64,000 nt of DNA from Cyanobacteria bacterium auto_48_18. GTDB lineage: Bacteria > Cyanobacteriota > Vampirovibrionia > Obscuribacterales > Obscuribacteraceae. The stretch lies in the NCBI GenBank assembly GCA_036170915.1, contig JAVHQC010000017.1, positions 1 through 64,000 on the forward strand, in the 5' to 3' direction. A program made the translations under genes and the position numbers. The notes under the pieces were generated by a model. That model saw only the letters and a program-made list of their open reading frames with translations. It was not told the DNA's origin and did no database searches. Of this stretch, positions 36,989 through 47,800 are shown one piece after another (the first letter of the stretch is position 1; every line of letters begins with the position of its first letter).

Positions 36989-38215
36989 ATGGGGCTGCGT
37001 GAATTATTTCTGATTGCCTGGCAAGGTATTTTAAGTAACCGGCTACGCAGCGGACTGACCGTGCTTGGTATCGTTATTGGTATCGCTTCGGTGATTACGC
37101 TTATGGGCATCGGCGAAGGTGCCAAGCGTGAAGCTGAAAAACAAGTGCAAGCTTTAGGTGTCAACCTAATTTATATTCGGCCTGGTTCAGTGGGCGCTTC
37201 TGGTATTTCTATGGGTCAGGGAACGGCTCCTACACTGACTTATGAAGATGCATTGGCCATTAAAGAGAACTGTCAGGCGGCAGAAGATGTAGCAGCGCAA
37301 TATACCGGAACTTTTCAGGTGCAGGCTGGTGAGAAAAATACTTCCACCACAGTGGTTGGTACTGACGCTTCTTTCCCTGATATTCGCAATTTTCACCCTG
37401 CCCAAGGTCGCTTTTTTACCCAGCAAGAAGCTAACGACAGCGCAAGAGTATGCGCTGTAGGTGATGGTGTGGTAGAAGATTTGTTCTCTGGTGAATCGGC
37501 TATCGGACGGCAAATTTTAATTAGAGGTGAACTGTTCACCATCATTGGTGTGATGGAACACAAGGGTGCCAATGCTACAGGCGATCAGGACGATCAAATC
37601 TTTATACCGATACAAACCGGCTATTCCACTCTCTATGGTTTGAATCTGGTCTCAGGACGCGCCGTTAAAAGTATTCTGGTACAGGCAAAATCAGGGGAAG
37701 ATTTGCAGGCGCAGTTTCAAATTACAAACTTGTTGCGCTTACGTCACAACGTGCAATCACCTGATGGAGACGATTTTACTATTCGCACGCAAATGGATAT
37801 TTTGCAAACAGCTCAATCAATTACTGGAGTGTTCGCACTTTTGCTTGGTGCCACCGCATCAATTTCTCTTCTTGTTGGTGGCATCGGCATTATGAATATC
37901 ATGCTTGTTTCGGTGACAGAACGCACCAGAGAGATAGGTATTCGCAAAGCCATTGGTGCTAAGTATCGAGATATTTTGATGCAGTTTGTTATTGAAGCCA
38001 TCACCCTATCGCTCACAGGCGGCGTTCTCGGTATTTTACTAGGGCTTGCTAGCGCTTACTGGATTGGCAGTCTCGGTCAGTGGACTACAGTAGTCACTTC
38101 TTCGTCAGTGATTATGTCGTTTCTCGTATCGCTGGCCATCGGTTTATTCTTTGGCATCTATCCCGCTCGCAAAGCTGCTTTGCTCGACCCCATTGTTGCT
38201 TTGAGGTCTGAGTAA
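36989..38215 (+). CDS. MacB-like ABC transporter permease
   Basis: RSGLTVLGIVIGIASV, GGIGIMNIMLVSVTERTREIGIRKAIGA, YPARKAA.LDP. Confidence 0.95.
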   Translation: MGLRELFLIAWQGILSNRLRSGLTVLGIVIGIASVITLMGIGEGAKREAEKQVQALGVNLIYIRPGSVGASGISMGQGTAPTLTYEDALAIKENCQAAEDVAAQYTGTFQVQAGEKNTSTTVVGTDASFPDIRNFHPAQGRFFTQQEANDSARVCAVGDGVVEDLFSGESAIGRQILIRGELFTIIGVMEHKGANATGDQDDQIFIPIQTGYSTLYGLNLVSGRAVKSILVQAKSGEDLQAQFQITNLLRLRHNVQSPDGDDFTIRTQMDILQTAQSITGVFALLLGATASISLLVGGIGIMNIMLVSVTERTREIGIRKAIGAKYRDILMQFVIEAITLSLTGGVLGILLGLASAYWIGSLGQWTTVVTSSSVIMSFLVSLAIGLFFGIYPARKAALLDPIVALRSE

Positions 38216-38908
38216 ATGAGCAGTTTAATTGATTTAAACGCTGTTACCCGTGTCTATGAAATGGGCGGCGAAGCTCTGTACGCATTGAAAGGCCTGACTT
38301 TGCAAATTGATGCCGGCTCTTACGTGGCTATTATGGGCACTTCCGGATCTGGCAAATCAACCCTGATGAATATTGTCGGCTGTCTTGACAGGCCGACGTC
38401 GGGCTCATATTCGCTTGATGGGGTTGATATTTTAAGTTGTACTGACGATCAGTTGGCCGACGTGCGCAACGCCAAAATTGGTTTTGTTTTCCAGCAGTTT
38501 AATTTGCTGCCCAGTATGTCTGCCATGGAAAATGTGATGTTGCCGATGGTCTACGCTGGTGTGCCACCAGTTGAGAGAGCCGAGCGTGCAGCTTCGGTAC
38601 TGCAACAAGTTGGTTTGGGTGAACGGATGCACCACAGGCCCAATCAGTTATCTGGTGGACAACAACAGCGTGTCTCAATTGCGCGCGCGCTTTCTAATCG
38701 CCCCAGCATTTTATTAGCCGACGAACCTACCGGTGCTTTAGACAGTCATACTGCTGCTGACACCATGCGTTTATTCAATGAACTGGTCAGTCGTGGTATC
38801 ACCGTCATTGTCGTCACCCACGACCAGGACACCGCCAATCATGCTCGCCGCATCGTGCGCATGAAAGACGGCGAAATCGTGGACGATGCTCTTAATCTTG
38901 TTAGATAA
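38216..38908 (+). CDS. ABC transporter ATP-binding protein (MacB/LolD-like)
   Basis: GTSGSGKST, LSGGQQQR, LADEPTGALD, VTHD. Confidence 0.96.
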   Translation: MSSLIDLNAVTRVYEMGGEALYALKGLTLQIDAGSYVAIMGTSGSGKSTLMNIVGCLDRPTSGSYSLDGVDILSCTDDQLADVRNAKIGFVFQQFNLLPSMSAMENVMLPMVYAGVPPVERAERAASVLQQVGLGERMHHRPNQLSGGQQQRVSIARALSNRPSILLADEPTGALDSHTAADTMRLFNELVSRGITVIVVTHDQDTANHARRIVRMKDGEIVDDALNLVR

Positions 38909-38952
38909 TGCCCACAGCCGGGCAGGTGTAAAAGTAATCTTGCTGGTGCGCA

Positions 38953-41058
38953 ATGTCGAAGAAGCAAATCCTAATTTTGGGCGGTGGTTTTTCGGGGGTG
39001 AAATGCGCCCGGGCACTGCGAAAACAGCTGCACGTGGACGATTATAATATCGTTCTTTTTAATCGCGAAAATCATATGGTTTTCCACCCTCTTCTAGCTG
39101 AAGTGGCAAGCGCTGCTGTGCAGCCCAAAGATGTAGGCGCACCGCTCAGGCAGCTTTTAGATCATGTGCAATGCCGCACTGAAGATGTGCTCAGCATTGA
39201 TCTCGACAATAACCAGATTGAATACGAAGCACACGACGGCAAGCGTCAACAAATGAAGTATGACCAGCTGGTAATTGCCTGCGGTAATGGTGCCAATTTG
39301 GCCCTGGTACCAGGCATGGACGAACACGCTTTCGGCTTAAAAACAATCGGTGATGCACTTGCGCTGCAAGCTCATGTAATGCAAAGGATGGAGAAAGCTG
39401 AAGTCTGCGACGACGATGAAAGAAGACGCTGGTATCTTTCATTTATTGTTGTGGGTGGTGGTTTTAGCGGCGTGGAAGTGGCAGGAGAGGTTAATGACCT
39501 TCTGCGCAAGAGCTTGAAGTTTTTCCACAATATTAAGGCCGAAGATATTAACGTCACCATGATTCATTCGCGCGATCAAATTTTGCCTGAAGTAAATGAA
39601 TCATTGCGAGTACGGGCTCGAAAACAAATGGAAAAAGCAGGCGTCAACATACGCTTAAATTCACACGCCGCTCGAGCTACACCAGAAGGCATTGCTCTGC
39701 GTGATGGTACTTTAATGCCTGGCGGCACAGTAATTTGTACCATCGGTACAATTGTTTTGCCGCTGGTAGACCGACTCACGGTGCCGAAAAAACATGGACG
39801 CATAGCAGTAGAAGCAGACATGAAAGTGCCGGGGTATAAAAATGCCTGGGCAATTGGTGACTGTGCCGCCATCGTTAATGCCTTGGACAATACCCTTTGT
39901 CCAACAGTGGCTCAATTTGCCGAGCGACAAGGTGTGCAGGTAGCAAACAATATTGTGCGGGCGATTAAGGGGCGACCCACTGAGCCTTTTTCATTCAGAA
40001 TGCAAGGTCAGCTTTGTTCTATTGGTGGTCGCAACGCCATTGCTGAAATATCAGGTCTGCATATTTCAGGTTTTCTTGGCTGGTTTTTGTGGCGCGGCAT
40101 TTACTTAATGAAATTGCCGTCGATTTCGCAAAAAATCAAAGTGGGTTTAGAGTGGGGCTGCGATTTGATTTTCCCGCGCACCCTTGCCCATTTGCGCGCT
40201 GATCCGACCAGGCGCGTGTCTCGAGCTTACTATGCCGCCGGTGATTATATTTTTGAACAGGGTGACGCAGCAGTAGACTTTTTCATGATTGAAGAAGGTG
40301 AAGTCGAAGTTTTGAAGAAGCGCGAGGACGAAACCCTTGATGTGCTTGCTGTGTTAGGCACCGGTGACTTTTTCGGCGAAGCTGCTTTGCTTGACAATCG
40401 CCCGCGCAACGCTACTGTCAGGGCGCGTACCGATGTTGAGGTGGTGGTGCTTGGACGCGGAGTGTTCACGCAAATATCAATGGCTTTAGCACCTTTGCGC
40501 GACGCTGTGGCTAAAGCTGTTAAAAGGCGTGGGTTACCGGCTAAAAGCTTAGATGAATATCGCGATGTGCTTGAAGCTATAACTCTAGAATCAGTTATCG
40601 ACGCTTTGCCCGGCGCTCCGCTGCGACCCCAGAGTTCGGTGGAGGAAGCAATTGAGCGTATCAACAAGCACAGACTAGATTTCTGCTGCGTTGTTGACGG
40701 GGACGGGCTGCTCATTGGTCTGGTGACTCGCTCAGATTTACTGGCGGCCATTGAAGCTGCTACCTCCAGTCGGGCAAAGAACATTCCAGCTATGACAGTA
40801 AATGAAATAATGGTCAGAGATCCCATTGCTGTGACGATGGCTGATTCAGCTCTGCTTGCCATGTTGACTATGCGTGAACATGGTTTGAAGCGCCTGCCCG
40901 TAATTGAAAGTCAAGAACGCCGCATTGCTACCGGTTATGTGCGCATTGAGAATATTATGGACAGAGTTGTGCGCGGCATTGCCGCTGAGAAACTCGTAGG
41001 TTCAGCGCCCATGACTCGTGAGTTAGATTTTCCAAAATTTGAGTCACGCAAAGATTAA
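38953..41058 (+). CDS. Type II NADH dehydrogenase fused to cNMP-binding and CBS-pair domains
   Basis: Two GGGFSG Rossmann motifs, AIGDCA, AQFAERQG; FFGEAALL..RPRNATVRA; two CBS repeats. Confidence 0.9.
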   Translation: MSKKQILILGGGFSGVKCARALRKQLHVDDYNIVLFNRENHMVFHPLLAEVASAAVQPKDVGAPLRQLLDHVQCRTEDVLSIDLDNNQIEYEAHDGKRQQMKYDQLVIACGNGANLALVPGMDEHAFGLKTIGDALALQAHVMQRMEKAEVCDDDERRRWYLSFIVVGGGFSGVEVAGEVNDLLRKSLKFFHNIKAEDINVTMIHSRDQILPEVNESLRVRARKQMEKAGVNIRLNSHAARATPEGIALRDGTLMPGGTVICTIGTIVLPLVDRLTVPKKHGRIAVEADMKVPGYKNAWAIGDCAAIVNALDNTLCPTVAQFAERQGVQVANNIVRAIKGRPTEPFSFRMQGQLCSIGGRNAIAEISGLHISGFLGWFLWRGIYLMKLPSISQKIKVGLEWGCDLIFPRTLAHLRADPTRRVSRAYYAAGDYIFEQGDAAVDFFMIEEGEVEVLKKREDETLDVLAVLGTGDFFGEAALLDNRPRNATVRARTDVEVVVLGRGVFTQISMALAPLRDAVAKAVKRRGLPAKSLDEYRDVLEAITLESVIDALPGAPLRPQSSVEEAIERINKHRLDFCCVVDGDGLLIGLVTRSDLLAAIEAATSSRAKNIPAMTVNEIMVRDPIAVTMADSALLAMLTMREHGLKRLPVIESQERRIATGYVRIENIMDRVVRGIAAEKLVGSAPMTRELDFPKFESRKD

Positions 41059-41138
41059 AGATTAAACCGGCTTGGGATCGATTTTCGCAACTAGAACGTA
41101 TACGTTTTAGATCTTGAATACAGCCAGCAGCCGCTTTG

Positions 41139-41167
41139 AAAAAAGGCCCCGACCAGAGGTCGAGGCC
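41139..41167 (-). terminator. Intrinsic terminator for the M48 peptidase gene
   Basis: GGCC.CGACC-AGA-GGTCG.GGCC stem preceded by an A-tract on the plus strand. Confidence 0.6.
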
Positions 41168-41213
41168 CAATTAAGGCACTGAATGTAGTGCCGCGGGAAC
41201 TACAAGTTACTGG

Positions 41214-42155
41214 CTAAATGCGCACATTTTTGCCGCAGTCAGGGCAGAAGAAGAATGAAGGGGCAATCTTACTTGCGCAATGCGGGCATGCGCGTAAATT
41301 GACTTCACTCTCTGAAGTAGGATAGCGGCCGGCCATAATTTCTTTAAAAGCTTTGGTTTCAGACCAGAGCTTAATTTCTTTGGCACGGTAAACCGGAATT
41401 GGATGAGAGCGGAACAGTTCTTGCAAAAGTTTATAGACTTTATTCAGTGTGCTGTAATCCATCTCTTCGTAGCTGTCGGCTTGTTTAAGAAACTCAGCAC
41501 CGCTCATCTGTTCGAAAACAGTTTTCGAACCGGCAGACAGCTTCATATGCACATTCAAACAGATGTTGACGTCTTGAGCCACCAGCAATTCTGCCCGATC
41601 GGCGGTCATTTCTGACTTACGGTACCAATCGAACAGGGCAATTTGCAAAGCGATACTGGCAAATCCACGAATAGGAATGATCATGTCAAACAGTCTAATC
41701 AGAATAATGGCAAGACTGCGGTAAAGCACGTGGCCAGCTTTAACGTGACCCAGCTCGTGGCCCATGACGGCCATCAATTCTTGATCATCAAGCAAGTCAA
41801 CAAGCCCTGATTGAATCACCACAAAGGGCCGCTCGACCCCGAATGTATAAGCATTGACGATCGGGCTCGAGGCCAAGAACAAGTCGGGCTCATGCACATC
41901 GAGAATTTCGCAGGCTTCCTTGAAGAGCTTGTAAACGCGAGGGCACTGTTTTGGGGTGATGTGCACCGAGCCGCCCAGGAGCTGCACGCGCATCATTTTT
42001 TCCACACCCAATTCCAACATCTTGCGAATCAGCTTGTCAATTCCAGGAATCTTTCTCAGCGCTTCCAGGGCTTGTCTGTCGGCGGGATGCTCAAAGGCGC
42101 TCGAGCATAGACGTGGGAACCTCCGACGGGTCGACGTTTCGGTAGCGCTCATCAA
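41214..42155 (-). CDS. M48-family metallopeptidase with C-terminal zinc ribbon
   Basis: NAYTFG, GHELGH, EMTADRA, SHP, CPHC...FCPDCG. Confidence 0.92.
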   Translation of the reverse strand: MMSATETSTRRRFPRLCSSAFEHPADRQALEALRKIPGIDKLIRKMLELGVEKMMRVQLLGGSVHITPKQCPRVYKLFKEACEILDVHEPDLFLASSPIVNAYTFGVERPFVVIQSGLVDLLDDQELMAVMGHELGHVKAGHVLYRSLAIILIRLFDMIIPIRGFASIALQIALFDWYRKSEMTADRAELLVAQDVNICLNVHMKLSAGSKTVFEQMSGAEFLKQADSYEEMDYSTLNKVYKLLQELFRSHPIPVYRAKEIKLWSETKAFKEIMAGRYPTSESEVNLRACPHCASKIAPSFFFCPDCGKNVRI

Positions 42156-42263
42156 TTAAACCTCCAGGGGCTAAAAACTAGGACATTGGTCCTTGATAAA
42201 GAATCTACCCACTTTTATAGCGCGCCGCTGCAGATATTGCTTAAATTGAAAATTTCTGACCGT

Positions 42264-43745
42264 TCAGGCGCTGACCGCGGGCAGCGTAAAAAGGAAGTTA
42301 CTGCCCTCACCTGTTTTGCTTTCCACCCAGATTTCTCCGCCATGGAGGTTAATTATAGATTTACAGATAGTCAGGCCCAAACCCGAACCCACATGTCTGC
42401 CATGACCACCACTTCCATTCTGGTCTTCCACCTGTTGAAAACGCTCAAAAATAGCTTTTTGCATCTCCGGTGGAACGCCTTTACCCTGATCGCGCACTGA
42501 AACTTCAACCCAATCTTCGACTTGCTGTGCGCTCAGCGATATGGTGTCGCCCCGGCGTGAATAATTCACCGCATTTGATACCAGATTGAAAATAACTCTC
42601 GCGGCCAGATCTTTGTCTGCTAGTACATAAGCATCGCTGTCGGCAATTTTTAATTTGATGCCTGCTTCTGCCAACCAGACTGAGAGAGTTTCATTGACTT
42701 CCTCAAATAACTCATTGATGAAAAATTTCGACTGATCAACAGGCATCATGCCTGATTTGATTTTTTCAATATCAAGCAAGTCATTTAGCAGTTGCATCAC
42801 TCTTTTGCAATTCTTCTCAGCCAGCGGTGCCAGTTGGTTGCCTTTATCATTTAAAGTGCCCAGCTGCCTGGTGTTGAGCATATCCAGGCATCCTTGAATT
42901 ACGGTCAGAGGTGACCGCATATCGTGGGTAATCATGTTGACGATTTCTTGATGCTGATTTTCAGTTTCTAAAAGTTTCTCAGTCATCTGATGAAATGATT
43001 TGTCCAGTTCGGCCAGCTCATCGCCGCCGCCAATGGGCCGGTGCAGCGACTGCCTTTGCGAAAATAATCTGGTGTTGGCGGTCATTACTCTTAAACGGGA
43101 GGTGATGCCTTTTACAAGCAGGAAGGCAATTACCAGATTAAATATGACATTGATAATCAAAGCTGCGGTAGACAATTGCAGCAGTTGGCGACGAATCAAG
43201 GCCTGTCGTTCTTGACTGTATTTCGAGACTTCTCTTTCGTGCCGCTCAACCAGTTTGAGCTCTTGAGAAATTACGGTTTTGAACATGGCTTTAAGTTTCG
43301 CGTAGTAGTCTCGATTAATTTGCAGCACCAGCCTTAAGTCGCCGGCTTCTATGGCAGCAACAGCTTTGTCGAGAATTTGAGTCGCTTTAGTGACGGTGGC
43401 ATTAGACTGTTTGGCTACTGCATTTAGTTCTGGTTGATCAGCAGTAAGCTCGTCAAGCTCTTTGTAGTCGGCTTTTAGTTTGTTCACCGTGCCGTGATAT
43501 GTTTTTTGCAAATAGCCGGTTTCGAGCCAACTGCTTTTGCTTGATGCTCCCACGGTGATCCAGAGATCATACAAATCGCCGGTTAATCGGTTTATGCAAT
43601 CTGAAATTGCATGGGCCTTGATCGCTCGCTGAGCGTCTTGCTCCGCCTCCTGCTGCAAATAGGCCACAGTACCGGCTAAACCAATCTCGAAGAGCAGCTG
43701 AAAACCTAACAACATTAACACTTTGGCGGTGAGTGATAATTTCAA
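42264..43745 (-). CDS. Membrane sensor histidine kinase (HAMP-HisKA-HATPase)
   Basis: Two TMs, DELAEL, THDMRSPL, NLVSNA, DQGKG, GSGLGL. Confidence 0.95.
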   Translation of the reverse strand: MKLSLTAKVLMLLGFQLLFEIGLAGTVAYLQQEAEQDAQRAIKAHAISDCINRLTGDLYDLWITVGASSKSSWLETGYLQKTYHGTVNKLKADYKELDELTADQPELNAVAKQSNATVTKATQILDKAVAAIEAGDLRLVLQINRDYYAKLKAMFKTVISQELKLVERHEREVSKYSQERQALIRRQLLQLSTAALIINVIFNLVIAFLLVKGITSRLRVMTANTRLFSQRQSLHRPIGGGDELAELDKSFHQMTEKLLETENQHQEIVNMITHDMRSPLTVIQGCLDMLNTRQLGTLNDKGNQLAPLAEKNCKRVMQLLNDLLDIEKIKSGMMPVDQSKFFINELFEEVNETLSVWLAEAGIKLKIADSDAYVLADKDLAARVIFNLVSNAVNYSRRGDTISLSAQQVEDWVEVSVRDQGKGVPPEMQKAIFERFQQVEDQNGSGGHGRHVGSGLGLTICKSIINLHGGEIWVESKTGEGSNFLFTLPAVSA

Positions 43746-43828
43746 TCGATTTTCCTGGTGTGCATTTTGTCTTGCCTGGGTATTAAAGCAGCATTGCAGT
43801 TTGCATTATTGTAAGGGTTCTTTGCATA

Positions 43829-44521
43829 TTGGAGTTTCGATTGCCGAAGATTCTCTTGGTTGAAGATAACAAAGATTTGACGACATTGATTGGCGTATCT
43901 TTAAATCAAGACTACGCTATAGACGTTGTTCATAATGGTGGGGAAGGCCTTGAGTGTCTGCGCGCTGGTCGTTATGACGTGGTGATTTTAGATTGGGAAT
44001 TGCCTGAGCTGTCGGGCCCGGAAATTTGTCGACAGTTCAGGGCTGCAGGAGGCACCACACCAATCTTGATGCTGACCGGAAAGTCTCAGATTGCCGAAAA
44101 AGAGAAAGGTCTTGATGCTGGTGCCGACGATTATTTGACTAAACCTTTTGATATGAGAGAGCTTGCCGCTAGGCTCCGGGCTTTGACCAGGCGCTCATCG
44201 GCGGCGCCCAGTGCGACACTGACTTGTGGCAATTTACATTTGGATCCAGTCAGACATTCTCTCAAAAGAGGTGATGAAGAGATTCATCTTCTGAAAAAAG
44301 ATTTTGCCCTGCTTGAATTTCTCATGCGCTATCCTGATGAAATTTTTGGCACAGAAACTATTTTAGAGCGAGTTTGGTCTTACGATTCGGAAGTGACAGC
44401 CGATGCTGTGCGCACTTCGATCAAACGGATTAGAAAAGCGCTTGATAAGAGTGATGATGAATCAGAATCTATCATCGAGAACGTTCGCCGAGTAGGTTAT
44501 CGCTTGAGATTGTCGCGCTAG
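43829..44521 (+). CDS. OmpR-family response regulator
   Basis: LLVED, LDWELP, LMLT, GADDYLTKPF, RRVGYRL. Confidence 0.95.
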   Translation: MEFRLPKILLVEDNKDLTTLIGVSLNQDYAIDVVHNGGEGLECLRAGRYDVVILDWELPELSGPEICRQFRAAGGTTPILMLTGKSQIAEKEKGLDAGADDYLTKPFDMRELAARLRALTRRSSAAPSATLTCGNLHLDPVRHSLKRGDEEIHLLKKDFALLEFLMRYPDEIFGTETILERVWSYDSEVTADAVRTSIKRIRKALDKSDDESESIIENVRRVGYRLRLSR

Positions 44522-44889
44522 GCCCGGGCAGTCACATCTGGAAAAATTTCCTTTAAAGGTAATTTTCTGAAAAAAAGAGCTGGCGCAGAAGACCTAATTT
44601 TTAAACCAGTGGAGTGCCTGGATCTTCAACGATGCCCCAAAAGGACCGCAAAAGATATATGGTGTGAAGGCGCCTTCCCCAATGGTATGCACTCTAAAGC
44701 AGCTAGCGGTGCTGCTTTGGCCGATTGTGACATAATTGCCCCTTCAGCTTTACTTAACATTTTCTTGCCAGCTAGTTGGTCTTAGCCAATAATCAAATAC
44801 TGCGCCAGGGTTTACGTCACTGACAGACCCTGTGCTGTATCTCGAGGCTGGCCGCTTTCGGCCTGCCGTTTTTTATTGGAAAAAGCGCT

Positions 44890-47800
44890 TTGTTTGAAAG
44901 CAATCATATAAACCCAGAAAGCGATGCTTGTGGAGTTGGCTTTGTCTATCGGCCAGTCAAAAGCAATCAAGCGGTCTCGGACGCGCTCGGCGCTCTTAAT
45001 AGAATGGAGCACCGGGGCGCTTGCGGCGCTGACGGCATCACTGGTGATGGCGCCGGCATCCTGACTGAAATTCCCTGGCAACTTCTAGCCGCTGAAGACT
45101 TGCGCGCTAGTGCGCTGGGTATGATTTTTTTACCTCAGGCTGATACCGCTTTTTGTCGCCAGAACACCGAACGATTAGTGGAAGAGGAAGGTTTTTCCAC
45201 TGTCTGCTGGCGCAAAGTTCCGGTAGATAGTAGCGCGCTCGGACCACTAGGCCGAGCAACCTGTCCGGTAATTGAGCAACTCTTACTGGGGGCTCCAGGA
45301 CATTGGACTACTGAAAAAATTGAGCAAAAACTCCTTTTTGCCAGAAAGAAAATTGCCAACTTTTTCTATGCTTTAGGTGAAAAATATTCCGACTATTATG
45401 TAGCCTCGCTTTCGAGCCGCACCGTTGTCTACAAAGGCATGGTGCGCTCTTATGATTTAGCCAGGTTTTATAGAGACCTGGCTAATGTCGCCTACACCAG
45501 CCAGTTTGCTGTCTATCACCGTCGCTTTAGCACTAATACAATGCCCAAGTGGCGTCTGGCTCAGCCCTTCCGTATGCTGGGGCATAACGGCGAAATCAAT
45601 ACACTGCTCGGCAATCGCAACTGGATGAAATGTCGTGAGATGGTACTCGAGCTGGGTTCGCTGCCGCTGGTGAGCGCCAATACATCTGATTCAGGTAGTC
45701 TTGATAATGCCCTGGAGCTGCTGGTTAAACTGGGTCGTAGCCCTGAATCAGCCTTGATGCAACTAATACCCGACGCTGCAGGAGCCACTATAGCCGGTGC
45801 ATTGAGAGCATCGGCGCAAGAGCAACAAGATTTGCAAATCGCTGGATTCTATCAATATTTCTCAGGCATTCAAGAGCCCTGGGACGGGCCGGCTTTAATA
45901 GTTTATAGCGATGGATTGACTGTAGGAGCCAAACTTGACCGCAATGGTATGCGACCGGCTCGCTATACAAAGTTGAAAGATGGCAGCGTTTTTCTCAGCT
46001 CAGAGACCGGTGTGATTGATTTAGATGAACGCCAGGTGGTGCAGAAGGGCAGACTGGGTCCCGGTCAAATGCTCATGGTAGATATTAAGAGCGGCCAGGT
46101 GAGCGAAGACCGTGCCGTGAAAATCGATGTTGCTCGCGAACAGCCTTACGCTAAGTGGGTGGTCAGTGAGCGCCTTAATTTAGGACGCTCGTCTTTTGCC
46201 GACCAGATTAAGCTGGCTGACAGCGACTTGATTGGTCTGCAAACAGCATATGGATACGGTAATGAAGACATTGTCCGCATCATTGTGGCCATGGCTGCCA
46301 CTGGTCATGAGACAGTTTATTCTATGGGTGACGACACACCGCTGGCGGTGCTTTCCAGTCAGCCGCGATTACTTTACGATTATTTCAAACAGCGTTTTGC
46401 TCAGGTTACCAACCCACCTATTGATCATCTACGCGAAAAGCTGGTGATGTCACTGGATACTTATCTTGGTGCTCAGTGCGGCTGGCTCAAGCCGTCTTTC
46501 CATGGCGCCAGGTTGGTTCATTTGTCGAGCCCGATTTTAAATGAAGGCGAACTGAGGCAGTTGCAAGAGCTTGGTGCATTAAAGCAAGAAGTTGAGCCAG
46601 AAGTAGAAGATGAAGAAGAACTAGAACAAGAGCTAGAAGAAGAACTAGAAGTAACATCTAATTTCGCCTCTCAAACAGTATCGCTTTTATTCAACCCACT
46701 TGAGGTAAATCTTGATAGCGCCCTCAGTCACGTGGTTGCAGCAAGCGTTCAAGCCGTAGAGAGCGGCAAAGCTCTTCTCATTCTCAGTGATCGGGGTGTT
46801 GATTCAGAGCGAGCAGCAATTCCAGCTCTTATGGCCGTGGGCGCCGTGCATCATGAGCTGATTCGTCGGGGCCTCAGGCTTAGCGCATCTTTGATAGTTG
46901 AGACCGGCCAGTGTTGGACCACTCATCAATTCGCCTGTCTTTTTGGTTTCGGTGCGCAAGCCGTGTGCCCTTACATGGCTCTTGAAATAGTGCGGCACTC
47001 TTGTGCTGATGCTGAAATCAAGAGTCTGGTTGAACTTTCTAACCATGATGCTCAAGCTAATTTTATAGCCGCAGTTGAAGAAGGTCTGCAGAAAGTTCTA
47101 TCTAAGATGGGCATTTCTTCTCTCACCAGTTATATTGGTGCACAAATTTTTGAATGCATTGGCCTAAGTGACAATGTAGTGAACCGGTGCTTTACCGATA
47201 CACCTTCTAGAATCGGTGGTCTCGAAATTGAAGACATCGAAAAGGATGTTTTGGCTTTTCATCGCAAAGCTTTTCCGTTCACGCATAAGCGCCTGATTAA
47301 TTACGGCATGATGAGCTCAAGACCTGACGGTGAGTATCATGGCAATAATCCAAAAATTGTCAGAGCCTTGCACACTGCTCTTGGTATCAGCCAAAAAGTT
47401 GTCAGCGTGCAAGAGCGACAGGAAGAATTTAAACGCTATTCGGCTCTCGTGCGTGAAAGGCCACCACTGGCCCTGCGCGATATGCTGACATTTAAGTCAG
47501 ATAGACCTCCTGTAGCTCTAGACGAAGTTGAACCGGCGGCTGATATTGTCAAACGCTTCTGTACTGGTGGTATGTCGCTTGGTGCGCTTTCTAAAGAAGC
47601 TCATGAAGTGCTGGCCATTGCCATGAACCGGCTTGGCGCAAAATCTAATTCTGGAGAAGGGGGAGAGGATCCGCTCAGGTATTATCCCATTGAAGATGTC
47701 ACCGCAGACGGTACCAGTGCCAGTTTCCCTGGTTTGCGCGGCCTTAAGAAAAACGACGATGCCGGCTCTGCTGTAAGGCAGGTGGCTTCAGCCAGGTTTG

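Noticed and set aside
44520..44889. Glutamine riboswitch, ANTAR hairpins or NtcA/sigma54 site upstream of gltB
   Set aside because: Only weak partial resemblance (CAACGATG, GTGAAGGCGC); stems and consensus could not be supported by eye.
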